Counted from the stretch's first letter, positions 45,506 to 54,275 are shown. The stretch: 64,000 bases of DNA from an uncultured Synergistales bacterium (GCA_905233645.1 CAJODZ010000001.1:64357-128356), one strand, 5' to 3'. Notes: generated by a model not told the origin, from the sequence alone. Numbers and translations are program-made.

Positions 45506-45522
45506 AAATATATTTTATCACT
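45500..45522. promoter_or_regulatory. Perfect 9-5-9 inverted repeat: symmetric back-to-back extended -10 elements and/or an operator
   Basis: The sequence is AGTGATAAA-TATAT-TTTATCACT. It reads TGaTAAATA on the plus strand (towards ORF 45590) and TGaTAAAAT on the minus strand (towards the candidate ncRNA). Confidence 0.5.
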
Positions 45523-45589
45523 AGAGCGTTTGTTATAAAATGAAGGCTCAAAAATTTTTCATAAATTTATTTAAATGAGGTGTTGTAAT

Positions 45590-46666
45590 TTGAAATTTTT
45601 TAACAAAATTTTTATTAGTGCCGTCTTTGTTATTATTAGTCTTTTTTCGCCGTTACTTGAGACTTCTGTTTTAGGTTTTGACGCTGAAAGCGAAAAACGG
45701 CCTCGTCCCCAACCAATAAAATCTGACATCAAAAATCAGGGAAACACTAATAAAACAAAAGGTACGAAAAAGAATAACAATACTAAAAAAACTCAACGCA
45801 CTAAAAAGAATAATAATTCTAATAAAAAAACTCAAAGCGCGAAAAAAAGCTCGGCTGAAAATAATGTTAAAGCAAATCCCACGCCAGCACCGTCTCCACT
45901 TCCGCAACAAACACCAGAGCAAAATTTACCCCTTGAGCCTGTTGAAGAAGTTCATAGCGTATGGGTCGAACCTAAACCAGTTCCGCCGGCATTAAAAAAT
46001 TCTACGTTTTGCCTCGTTGATTGGGATTTAGAGAATATGACCGTCAAATTGTTAAATAACGCTAAGTACAAAGAGTACGTCGATAACAAATTAAATCAGA
46101 ATGAAGATTATTACGCTACGACTTTAAAATTTAGAGCTTCTCAAGACGGCGGCTTCTCGATTGTAAATACTAATGAACCAAATTTCGCAGGGACGTATAG
46201 TTTTTTTGTTCCTAACGGTTGGCTTGCATATTGCATTCCTTTAAGCGATTATCAAGCGGTTGGCGCAAGTGCTATAACTTTTCAAAGCGGCGCAATCGTA
46301 AAAATTCCGTCTTACAATGGCCAAAACGTTTCGGCTAACGCTTATGAAATAAGACTTTATAAAGGCAATCAAGTCAATAATAATCTAACAAACAGGCAGC
46401 CGTTAAGTAATTTGAGAAGTACTACTAACCAGCCGCCTAAAACTAATGCTATACAAAAAACAGCGAACATCGAGTTTACAGTCCCGCAAATTTCTTATTC
46501 ATCGAGATTGAAAATTGAGGTTAATGACAAAAACGGTAAGCGCGATGTTTTCATGAAACAAGTACGTAGCGGAGAACATATAAGCACGACTACTCAATAT
46601 ACCGACGAATGCACAATAACTATATATTTGGGCGGAGTACCTATTCATTCAGAAAATCGACGCTAA
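45590..46666 (+). CDS. Secreted hypothetical protein with a Lys/Asn/Thr-rich basic low-complexity region and a Pro-rich linker
   Basis: The preferred start is TTG 45590, 7 nt after GAGGTG. The ATG at 45575 overlaps the RBS. The product has a signal-like N-terminus (KFFNKIFISAVFVIISLFSPLL) and a KNNNTKKTQRTKKNNNSNKKTQSAKK tract. No recognisable catalytic motif is present. Confidence 0.65.
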   Translation: MKFFNKIFISAVFVIISLFSPLLETSVLGFDAESEKRPRPQPIKSDIKNQGNTNKTKGTKKNNNTKKTQRTKKNNNSNKKTQSAKKSSAENNVKANPTPAPSPLPQQTPEQNLPLEPVEEVHSVWVEPKPVPPALKNSTFCLVDWDLENMTVKLLNNAKYKEYVDNKLNQNEDYYATTLKFRASQDGGFSIVNTNEPNFAGTYSFFVPNGWLAYCIPLSDYQAVGASAITFQSGAIVKIPSYNGQNVSANAYEIRLYKGNQVNNNLTNRQPLSNLRSTTNQPPKTNAIQKTANIEFTVPQISYSSRLKIEVNDKNGKRDVFMKQVRSGEHISTTTQYTDECTITIYLGGVPIHSENRR

Positions 46667-46684
46667 ATTTTTGATTTTTATTTT

Positions 46685-48115
46685 CTAACGTCCGGCGTTT
46701 TTTTGACCCTCTTTAAAATCTTCAGTCTCTGAAAAAGAAGGGTCATTTATTTCTTTTATTTCCTTCCTTGCGTACATATAGCCAAGCCAATATAAAGCGT
46801 CCTTCTCTTGCCAGTGTAAAGCATTTTTATCTCCGTCCTTTGCTACTGTTTCATACCATTTTTTTGCGAGTTCAAATTGACCATTGTTACGATACATTTC
46901 CGCTAAAAAAAATTGTGCGTCTTTATATCCGTTGTTTGCGGCTTCCTGATATGCAAGTGCTGCGTTATGAGCGTCCTTCTTTTCGCTGGAAATTGTAATA
47001 TTTTTATGTGTAGTGTCTAAGATATAACCAATGAAAAATTGAGCGGTTACACTTACGTTTGCTTTATCTCTAAAAAATTTTAATGCTTTGTCATAATATG
47101 TTTGCATGTCCTTTGCTGTACGTCCGTCTCCAAGGAATAATGTATATATAGCTTTTTCATATTCGGATTTATTAAAACTGGTAAGTTCATTTGACATCGT
47201 ATCAATAGAAAGATTAGCAAGGTTTAATTTTTCATCGACAGCGATTTTTTCAACGCTAAGAATTTCATAATCGTTTTTCAGCGTGAGCAAATCATTTTTT
47301 AAATTAGCGTTATCCTTTATTAAAACGTCATTACTATTGCTAAGAATTTCGTAATCAGTTTTTAAATCAGCATTATTTTTCGCCAAAATATTATTATCTT
47401 GGCCAAGCTTTTCATAATCGCTTTTTAGCACGAACAAATCATTTTTTAAATTAGCATTCTCTCTCGTTAAAATGTTATTGCTGTCGCTAAGATTGGAATT
47501 GTCATTTTTGAGCGTGAGCAATTCTGCTTCTGCCCTGGAATTATTTTGCTTTAAAGCGTCGTAGTCGATATTAAGGCTTGAATAATCATTTTTGAGCTTG
47601 AGAAAATCGTTTTTTAAAGACGAATTATTTTGTTCCGCACTGTCATTTTCGAGCGCAAGTCTTTGATTTTCTTGACGCAATTTATTCCTTTCAGCCGTAA
47701 TTTCAGCTAATCTTATTTCAACGTCGGCTTTATCTCTGCTAAGAGCTAAATAATTTTGTATTAGTACGACATCGTAACTTGCTGACGAAATATTTTTTAA
47801 CTCTTCGTTTTCAAATATCAATTTATTTTTTTCGGCTTTGATTGAATTATTTTCAGTGCGTAAAACTTGAAGCTCAGAATTATTTAAAAACTTCTGCACA
47901 TTCTTGAAACCAATTATGCCCAAACCTGCAGCACCTAATACTACAAGAAACAAATACACACTTTTAAATATTACAGCCGTAAAACCTGTCAAATTAGCGG
48001 CTTTTTCATACCTGTAGCCAAAAAAGAATACAAATAATAAACATAAAGCAAGCAGCCCCGAAGGATTATCAAGCTTCTCTAATAATTCAACTAAAGATAC
48101 CTCGATAAAATTCAT
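46685..48115 (-). CDS. Membrane-anchored coiled-coil protein with C-terminal Sel1-like (SLR/TPR) repeats
   Basis: Two N-terminal TM helices are followed by about 200 aa of heptad-like LKNDxxxLKxDYExL repeats. The C-terminus (…AALAYQEAANNGYKDAQFFLAEMYRNNG…WYETVAKDGDKNA…LGYMYA) resembles Sel1 repeats. Confidence 0.65.
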   Translation of the reverse strand: MNFIEVSLVELLEKLDNPSGLLALCLLFVFFFGYRYEKAANLTGFTAVIFKSVYLFLVVLGAAGLGIIGFKNVQKFLNNSELQVLRTENNSIKAEKNKLIFENEELKNISSASYDVVLIQNYLALSRDKADVEIRLAEITAERNKLRQENQRLALENDSAEQNNSSLKNDFLKLKNDYSSLNIDYDALKQNNSRAEAELLTLKNDNSNLSDSNNILTRENANLKNDLFVLKSDYEKLGQDNNILAKNNADLKTDYEILSNSNDVLIKDNANLKNDLLTLKNDYEILSVEKIAVDEKLNLANLSIDTMSNELTSFNKSEYEKAIYTLFLGDGRTAKDMQTYYDKALKFFRDKANVSVTAQFFIGYILDTTHKNITISSEKKDAHNAALAYQEAANNGYKDAQFFLAEMYRNNGQFELAKKWYETVAKDGDKNALHWQEKDALYWLGYMYARKEIKEINDPSFSETEDFKEGQKNAGR

Positions 48116-48242
48116 AAAATTTTTTTCCTCCTGATTAGTTTTTTAAAAATAATTTTTGCGGAACTAATCATAACATCAAAAACGCCCCTAACTCTTTTAA
48201 AAGTCAGAGGCGCAAAAATTTTTTACGTATCCTGAAAATAAT

Positions 48243-49862
48243 TTACATGTTTATGACGATTGCAGACACCGCTAAAATTACTCCGATGAAACCAAATAAC
48301 GTCTGCTTTTTATAAGCCGCTATTAACCCGAAAATTATTGCTATCGTCGCGAAAATCTTTGTATATCCGAAAAACGCTAAAACACCTATCGCAACGCTTA
48401 ACGCACCAATTACAAGATATTGCAGCTTTGCTAATAAAACTCTATGCGTCGGAGCTAATAAATCATCGTCCGAAGTTCCAAATTTCATATCATACTCGTC
48501 GACAATATTTTTTAGCGTGAATGACAAAATTAAAAGCCCGATTAAGTTTGGTAATGCCATTAAGCCGTTCAATGTGTCGGAAATGTCCCAGATGTTATTT
48601 AAAAATTCGTTGCCGCTCGTCCCTAGAAATTTTGAACCAGCCGCGCCGATGAGTATCATGATTATCCATAAAACTTTTATAACCGGTTGAGACCATACAC
48701 CAAATAAATATGTTACAGCCGTTTCGGCGTACCAATACCAGCCTAAAATCGTCGTGAACGCAAATAAAAATACTCCTAACGCTAAAATATATTTGCCGGG
48801 CGTTCCTAATGCATTCTCAAAAGCTTTTAACGTTAACTGTGAGCCTGTTAAATCTGGATAAGCCGTTAAAGTCCCCGTAGCCATAACTACAAGAGCCGTC
48901 ATCGTACAAATTACAATCGTGTCCATAAAAACTTCAAATATTCCGTAAAAACCTTGCTGTACCGGATGTTCAATGCTCGCCGTCGCGTGAACCATAGGAG
49001 CTGAACCCATACCGGCCTCATTAGAAAAGACACCGCGCGCAATTCCTTTCTGGATAGCTTCTTTTACGCCCCAACCTGCTAAACCGCCTGCTAATGTTTT
49101 TGTCGGGTCATTGAATGCTAAATAAAAAGCGTTTGAAATTGCTTCAGGTATTGCGTGAGCATTAGTGATTAAAACAAAAATTGCTCCGACAATATAAAAC
49201 AATGACATAAACGGAACTAAATACGTTGTTACGGTCGAAAGGCTCTTTAATCCGCCAATGATTACTAATGCAACGAGAACAGCTATTAAAATTCCGCTGT
49301 ATAAATGATTTACGCCCCAACCTAACGACATCGCTTCAGCCGCTGAATTAGCCTGAGTAGCCGCACCAATTCCGAATGACGCTAAAAACGCAAATAACGC
49401 AAAAATTATCGCCAGCCATTTTTGACCCGCACCATGTTCGAGAATGTACATAGTGCCGCCGCGCCAAAAACCTTTTTCGTCCTTCTGTCTGAAATGTACA
49501 GCTAACGTAACTTCAGCAAATTTTGTGCACATTCCAAAAACAGCCGAAATTAACATCCATACTAAAGCTCCCGGGCCTCCTAAATGCAACGCTGTAGCGA
49601 CACCTGCTATATTTCCAGTTCCGACCGTAGCCGCCATCGCTGTAGCCATTGCCGCAAACGGAGTTATAGATTTATCGTTGCCAGATTTTTTGCGAAAGCT
49701 GAACACTTCTTTTAAAGCGGCTTTAAAATATCTGAACTGAGGCAAGCCGAGCAAAAGTGTTAAATAAATTCCAGTACCAACGAGCAAAATTAAAACAGGC
49801 GCACCCCAAACGAAATCATTTATAATCGAATTGTAGTGCATGATTTGATCCATAATGCTCAT
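48243..49862 (-). CDS. Alanine/glycine:cation symporter (AGCS family) with a ~75-aa C-terminal hydrophobic extension
   Basis: …MATAMAATVGTGNIAGVATALHLGGPGALVWM… is the AGCS signature. At 539 aa it is longer than I would expect for this family, from memory. Confidence 0.88.
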   Translation of the reverse strand: MSIMDQIMHYNSIINDFVWGAPVLILLVGTGIYLTLLLGLPQFRYFKAALKEVFSFRKKSGNDKSITPFAAMATAMAATVGTGNIAGVATALHLGGPGALVWMLISAVFGMCTKFAEVTLAVHFRQKDEKGFWRGGTMYILEHGAGQKWLAIIFALFAFLASFGIGAATQANSAAEAMSLGWGVNHLYSGILIAVLVALVIIGGLKSLSTVTTYLVPFMSLFYIVGAIFVLITNAHAIPEAISNAFYLAFNDPTKTLAGGLAGWGVKEAIQKGIARGVFSNEAGMGSAPMVHATASIEHPVQQGFYGIFEVFMDTIVICTMTALVVMATGTLTAYPDLTGSQLTLKAFENALGTPGKYILALGVFLFAFTTILGWYWYAETAVTYLFGVWSQPVIKVLWIIMILIGAAGSKFLGTSGNEFLNNIWDISDTLNGLMALPNLIGLLILSFTLKNIVDEYDMKFGTSDDDLLAPTHRVLLAKLQYLVIGALSVAIGVLAFFGYTKIFATIAIIFGLIAAYKKQTLFGFIGVILAVSAIVINM

Positions 49863-49904
49863 GTAAAAACGATCACTCCTATAAAAAATTTATGAAAATA
49901 TTAT

Positions 49905-49951
49905 AAACGCCAAAAAATAAAAAAACGGCATCCCTTAAAAGTTTTGCCGTT
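49905..49951 (-). terminator. Rho-independent terminator after the substrate-binding protein gene
   Basis: The minus strand reads AACGGCA-(14 nt)-TGCCGTT followed by TTTTTTATTTTTTGG. Confidence 0.6.
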
Positions 49952-49988
49952 CTTAAATAATTATATTAACGTGCGTTAGCGAAGCAAA

Positions 49989-50813
49989 TTACTTATTCTT
50001 TAAGCCAACATGTACGATTGAGTTCCATGTAAAATACGGGTCTGATGTAATAATTCCTTCCGGCGTGTCAACGTTGGCAAATCTTTCGTCCTGAAATGTT
50101 AAGCACCAGAAAATAACATCGGCTCTCCCTGAAGCTAATGCTGCTGCACGTGCGTTAGACTCTATGTTGATGAGTTCGATATTGATTTTTAAGATTTTCG
50201 CTATTTCTGATAAAACGGCTGTGTTAAAACCCATCGCTTTCCCGTCAGCTGTAATCATATCGATTGGGGGAATATCTCCTGTGATTGCGATTTTTATAGT
50301 TTTTGCGCCTTCAAATTTTTCAAATTCAGTAGCTTTTGCTGTACCAGGGTCAAGAATTTTGTAATACTCATCAGCAAGCTTAGTTAATGTCATATCGCCG
50401 CGTAAAAGTTTTAAAGCATTATTAAATTCGTCGCGAAGTTCTTTGTTACTTTCAGCGAAGGCAAATGAGAAATTACCCTTGGCATTACGTCTAACGCATT
50501 TGACTTCACGATTTGGGAAAAATCTTACAACAAAATCGCCAATCATATCGGGATACATCATTTCATCAATATCACCCTGATTTAAAGCCATCATGAGAGT
50601 GTTCAAATTGTCATAAAATGCATAAGTAGCAGGCTCAGGATTTCCGAAAAAGTCAAGGTCTCCAGCCGCGACGATTTTTAAAGCTATTTCGCCAAATTTC
50701 TCAGGGTCAGTATTTGAGAGGCTAATCATTCCGAGTTTATGACGCGCGAACGCTGAACCTGTGAATAACGCAATGAACAATAACGCTAGAACAAATTTTT
50801 TGCTAAGTTTCAT
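49989..50813 (-). CDS. Periplasmic substrate-binding protein (family 3 / amino-acid type SBP domain), orphan
   Basis: It has a signal peptide, and the C-terminal half (…IKIAITGDIPPIDMITADGKAMGFNTAVLSEIAKIL…ALASGRADVIFW) resembles PBP type 2 amino-acid binding proteins. No permease or ATPase gene is adjacent. Confidence 0.7.
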   Translation of the reverse strand: MKLSKKFVLALLFIALFTGSAFARHKLGMISLSNTDPEKFGEIALKIVAAGDLDFFGNPEPATYAFYDNLNTLMMALNQGDIDEMMYPDMIGDFVVRFFPNREVKCVRRNAKGNFSFAFAESNKELRDEFNNALKLLRGDMTLTKLADEYYKILDPGTAKATEFEKFEGAKTIKIAITGDIPPIDMITADGKAMGFNTAVLSEIAKILKINIELINIESNARAAALASGRADVIFWCLTFQDERFANVDTPEGIITSDPYFTWNSIVHVGLKNK

Positions 50814-50851
50814 TTTTAAAAAACTCCTTTCAAAATTTTGACAATGCTAGA

Positions 50852-50862
50852 ATTTTATCACT
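50852..50862 (-). promoter_or_regulatory. Candidate extended -10 (TGATAAAAT) for the SBP gene
   Basis: The minus strand reads AGTGATAAAAT about 40 nt upstream of the AAAGGAG RBS and ATG at 50813. The same 11-mer occurs at the ncRNA promoter. Confidence 0.4.
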
Positions 50863-50966
50863 AAGGCTGTTTTAAAAATAATTTTTGCGTGATTATTCAT
50901 TCATTTTGTCGCTGTTTGGGCTATAATTTTTGCTGATAAAAAATTTCACGGAGGAAAAATTTAACC

Positions 50967-51125
50967 ATGAATAAATTTAAATGCTTAGAATGTAAAAAAG
51001 AATTTGAGTTAAAAAGTTCAGAGCCTAAAATTTGTCCTGAATGCATGAGTACGTGGCTTGAGTTGTTATCGGGTGAAATTCAGCGCGGTAAATCATGGAG
51101 TGCAAAAAGTTTTTCAGCCCGTTGA
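50967..51125 (+). CDS. Small zinc-ribbon protein (52 aa), not in the ORF track
   Basis: The product is MNKFKCLECKKEFELKSSEPKICPECMSTWLELLSGEIQRGKSWSAKSFSAR, with a CxxC-x13-CxxC pattern. A GGAGGA RBS lies 9 nt upstream. The next ORF starts 25 nt downstream. Confidence 0.55.
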   Translation: MNKFKCLECKKEFELKSSEPKICPECMSTWLELLSGEIQRGKSWSAKSFSAR

Positions 51126-51150
51126 TTTTTAAGATGAGGTAAATTTTTAA

Positions 51151-52167
51151 ATGCCTGAAAATATAAATATAAATGATATTCGCGATATAGAGCAAGAGAC
51201 GGCAGGTTCACACACTGAAGCTGTCAACCATGAAGACCGACTTCCCCCCAAAGAAAAAAAGCATCCTGGTTATTTAGCTTTCAAATTCACATTTACTCCC
51301 AGCAGGGGCGATGTTGGCGGAGCGTTCTGTATGATTTTCGACGGCAAAAACGGGAAAAATGTTTTTCAAGCGTTTTGGGTTTCGCGTCCTTATTCCGGAA
51401 AAGTCTTTGACGAACCGTCTAACAACTGGCGCAAATTCGTTCAACGCTTTAAACAGATAGGCCCTCTCGATAAAGATTTAGCCGAAAAATTACAGGAAAG
51501 TTTGAAACATATTATTAAAGTCGAAGACAGACAGGCTATTTTTGGAAATTACACTAAACCTAAATTAAGGCAGTACGAAAGTTTAATCCGCCGTAATTTT
51601 GAAGAGATAACCCAATGTGTTTTTACGGCCATGTGCGATGCTGAACCTTTAGCCAGAAATGAACTCGAACGCGCAAAAGTTTTAAAGCCTGCAAAATCAG
51701 CTATCGAAAAAGCAGAAGCCGCTCAAAAACAAAAAGAGAACGAACAAAAAAGCCAGGAAGAAGAGAAGCGCAAAGACACCGTTATAAAATGCAATTCCGT
51801 TCTTGACCCTGTTCACGGTAAAGCGTCATCTGCAATCGTTCCAGGTGATATTATCGAAGTCGCTTTAAGCGATGAAGGGACGGGAGCATTAGTAAATAAA
51901 TTCTTGGCCGAAAATAATCAAAGTTCTGTTTTTCCTGTTGAAACGGTCGAAAAAGTTAATAACAAAGCGTATATTTATGTCAGAATTAACGATGAAATTC
52001 GCGGCCTCTTAACAATTACGAAAGACGTTATGTTAAAAGTCAAAGGCCAGCCCGAAGCTGAAAATAACGGCAAAGGCTTAAAGCTAGTTGAAGACATATT
52101 CTTTTTCGGAGTATTAGGTGCAGCGATTGCCGGAATGATTTTCGTAATAAGATTATTTTTCATGTAG
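51151..52167 (+). CDS. Hypothetical tail-anchored membrane protein with a central charged coiled-coil region
   Basis: The 338-aa product has no recognisable motif and a single C-terminal TM helix (FFFGVLGAAIAGMIFVIRLFF). It is probably co-transcribed with the zinc-ribbon ORF. Confidence 0.55.
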   Translation: MPENININDIRDIEQETAGSHTEAVNHEDRLPPKEKKHPGYLAFKFTFTPSRGDVGGAFCMIFDGKNGKNVFQAFWVSRPYSGKVFDEPSNNWRKFVQRFKQIGPLDKDLAEKLQESLKHIIKVEDRQAIFGNYTKPKLRQYESLIRRNFEEITQCVFTAMCDAEPLARNELERAKVLKPAKSAIEKAEAAQKQKENEQKSQEEEKRKDTVIKCNSVLDPVHGKASSAIVPGDIIEVALSDEGTGALVNKFLAENNQSSVFPVETVEKVNNKAYIYVRINDEIRGLLTITKDVMLKVKGQPEAENNGKGLKLVEDIFFFGVLGAAIAGMIFVIRLFFM

Positions 52168-52200
52168 GCACGAGATAAATTTTGAAATATAAATAAAAAT

Positions 52201-52240
52201 CCCCGCAATCATTAAAGACTACGGGGTATTTTATATTTTT
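52201..52240. terminator. Weak possible bidirectional terminator between convergent genes
   Basis: CCCCG-(16 nt)-CGGGG is flanked by an A-run upstream and TATTTTATATTTTT downstream. The stem is only 5 bp. Confidence 0.35.
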
Positions 52241-52266
52241 GAGATTAGTTAAAAATTTAAAAATTT

Positions 52267-52812
52267 TTATAACAGCTTTTCGATATCTTTTGCAATATCA
52301 GCAGGGACTGTCGTAGGTTCAAAACGCGCTACAACATTTCCATTACGGTCGATTAAAAATTTTGTGAAATTCCATTTAATGCCGTCGCCTTCGAGATATT
52401 CCGGAAAATTATTTTGCAACGCTTCCGTTAAAGCTTTCGTAATCGGGTGTTTCTCATCAAAGCCCTGAAAACCTTTTTGCTCGGTCAAATATTTAAAAAG
52501 CGGTTGGGCTGTTTCACCACGTACATCGCCTTTTGCAAAAATCTGGAACGTTACGCCGTAATTAACTTTGCAAAATGATTGAACTTCCTCATTCGTGCCA
52601 GGCTCTTGTTCAGCAAACTGGTTGCAGGGGAAACCTAAAATTTCAAAACCGCGTTCTTTGTACTTTGTGTAAAGTTCCTGTAAATCTTTAAACTGTGGTG
52701 TGAAGCCGCACTTTGACGCAGTATTTACAATCAATAAGACTTTACCTTTGTAATCCGCGAGAGATTTTTCAACGCCCTTATTAGTTTTTACCGTGAAATC
52801 ATAAATGCTCAT
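52267..52812 (-). CDS. Glutathione peroxidase-family peroxidase (Cys type)
   Basis: The motifs [14 protein letters not shown], …FPCNQF… and …WNFTKFL are the three GPx signature blocks. Confidence 0.9.
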   Translation of the reverse strand: MSIYDFTVKTNKGVEKSLADYKGKVLLIVNTASKCGFTPQFKDLQELYTKYKERGFEILGFPCNQFAEQEPGTNEEVQSFCKVNYGVTFQIFAKGDVRGETAQPLFKYLTEQKGFQGFDEKHPITKALTEALQNNFPEYLEGDGIKWNFTKFLIDRNGNVVARFEPTTVPADIAKDIEKLL

Positions 52813-52836
52813 TAAAAATCTTCCTCCTGAATAAAT

Positions 52837-53067
52837 TTACATAGCAATTAACTCATCGAGTTTAGCTTTATCAAATCCGAGAACATAATTTTTGCCGTCA
52901 ATCGTTGTCACAGGGACAGAAGTATCGCCTGAAATCTTTTCACATTCATCGCGCGCCGTATCGTCTAATTCGATATCACGTGTTTCATATTCGACGTTCT
53001 TAGATTTCAAATATTTTTTAACCTTGTCGCACCACGGGCAACCTTCAAACGAATAAACCTTCACCAT
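52837..53067 (-). CDS. Glutaredoxin-like small redox protein (CPWC active site)
   Basis: The 76-aa product reads VKVYSFEGCPWCDKVKKYL…SVPVTTIDG, a glutaredoxin/NrdH-like fold pattern. Confidence 0.8.
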   Translation of the reverse strand: MVKVYSFEGCPWCDKVKKYLKSKNVEYETRDIELDDTARDECEKISGDTSVPVTTIDGKNYVLGFDKAKLDELIAM

Positions 53068-53070
53068 GTT

Positions 53071-54009
53071 TTAAAAAACCTCCTTCAATTTTGTTAAATA
53101 CTTTTCAGCTAAAAGAGCCGCTGTTGTTCCGTCTGCTGTAGCTGTTGTTAGCTGCCGTATCTCTTTTTCACGGACATCGCCTGCCGCAAAGACACCGTCA
53201 ATATTTGTTCTGCAATCTTCACCAGCAATAATCCGACCGCTTGAACTTATTTGTATTTCATTTTTAAAAAGCTCTGTATTCGCGACAACACCGATATTTA
53301 CAAAAATCCCGTCAACCGCAAGCGTCGCAACCTCACCGGAATTTTTATCAAAAATTTCAATACTTTCAAGCTTTTTATCGCCGTTAAGCTTTTTAATTTC
53401 CGTCTGTAATTTTATTTCAACTTTTGGATTTTGGCGTAACTTATTTTGCGAAATCTCGTCTGCGCGTAATTCTGAACGGTGAATTAAATATAATTTTTTA
53501 GCGTACTTCGTCAAAAAGTTGGCAGCATCAACCGCAGCATTACCACCGCCCATGACAACAATTATTTTGTCTTGATACATATGGCCATCACAAAGCTCAC
53601 AATAATGAACTCCGCGACCAGCAAATTTTTTCTCTTCGGGCAAAGGCAGTTTTTTACGTTCCATTCCTGAAGCAATAATAACAACGCTGGCCGTATAAAT
53701 TTTTTCTTCGGTCTCGATGATTTTAGAATTTTCATTCAAGCTTACTTTTACGATGTTGTCAAACTCATCAATGACCGCGCCAAAATTTTCTGCCTGAGTT
53801 TGTAAAGTCGAAACTAAATTTTTACCGCTAACGCTTACAAATCCTGGATAATTTTCAATCGAAACAGCATTCGCAATCTGTCCGCCTATAATTCCGTTCT
53901 CAAGGACTAAAACATTTAAATTCATTCGTCCAGCATACAAAGCAGCAGTCAAACCGGCAACACCTGCTCCGATAATAATTACGTCCTTATGAATTTTGTC
54001 CTTTGTCAT
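53071..54009 (-). CDS. trxB: Thioredoxin-disulfide reductase-like flavoprotein
   Basis: It has an FAD motif (VIIIGAGVAGLTAA), a redox CxxC (CELCDG) and an NAD(P)H motif (VMGGGNAAVDAA). Length is 312 aa. Confidence 0.85.
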   Translation of the reverse strand: MTKDKIHKDVIIIGAGVAGLTAALYAGRMNLNVLVLENGIIGGQIANAVSIENYPGFVSVSGKNLVSTLQTQAENFGAVIDEFDNIVKVSLNENSKIIETEEKIYTASVVIIASGMERKKLPLPEEKKFAGRGVHYCELCDGHMYQDKIIVVMGGGNAAVDAANFLTKYAKKLYLIHRSELRADEISQNKLRQNPKVEIKLQTEIKKLNGDKKLESIEIFDKNSGEVATLAVDGIFVNIGVVANTELFKNEIQISSSGRIIAGEDCRTNIDGVFAAGDVREKEIRQLTTATADGTTAALLAEKYLTKLKEVF

Positions 54010-54094
54010 AAAAATACTCCTTTGAAAATTTTTTGATGTTTATATTTTAAAGCTAACGCATTGAAAAATATTATTAAAAATTTTTAACACGCTC

Positions 54095-54196
54095 AAAAAA
54101 TTTAACACTTTGTTTCAAAATCGATATGCTCAAAAATTTTGCGGCGGTTAAATTTTTAAAAGATTTTTTGTAGTGGTAAACGTAGTTGTAAAAAAT
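54095..54196 (+). repeat. Intergenic ~100-nt dispersed repeat, copy 6 (forward orientation); followed by hairpin 54200-54223
   Basis: AAAAAATTTAACACTTTGTTTCAAAATCGATATGCTCAAAAATTTTGCGGCGGTTAAATTTTTAAAAGATTTTTTGTAGTGGTAAACGTAGTTGTAAAAAAT. It is near-identical to copy 4. Confidence 0.9.
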
Positions 54197-54275
54197 AATA
54201 ACCCCCAAAAAATTTTGGAGGTTTTAAGGTTAATTATGACGCGTTTATTTTAACACAATTATTTTTAAAAAAATC

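Noticed and set aside
45500-45522. Calling the palindrome a Fur box outright
   Set aside because: The arm spacing (7-5-7) differs from the 7-1-7 Fur consensus. No similar palindrome precedes the iron operon at 54224-54360. One arm recurs at another promoter as a plain extended -10 element. It is kept only as a speculative alternative.
45575-45589. ATG at 45575 as the start of the secreted basic protein (ORF-track start)
   Set aside because: That ATG overlaps the only RBS (GAGGTG, 45577-45582). The in-frame TTG at 45590 has ideal 7-nt spacing and gives a normal signal-peptide N-terminus.
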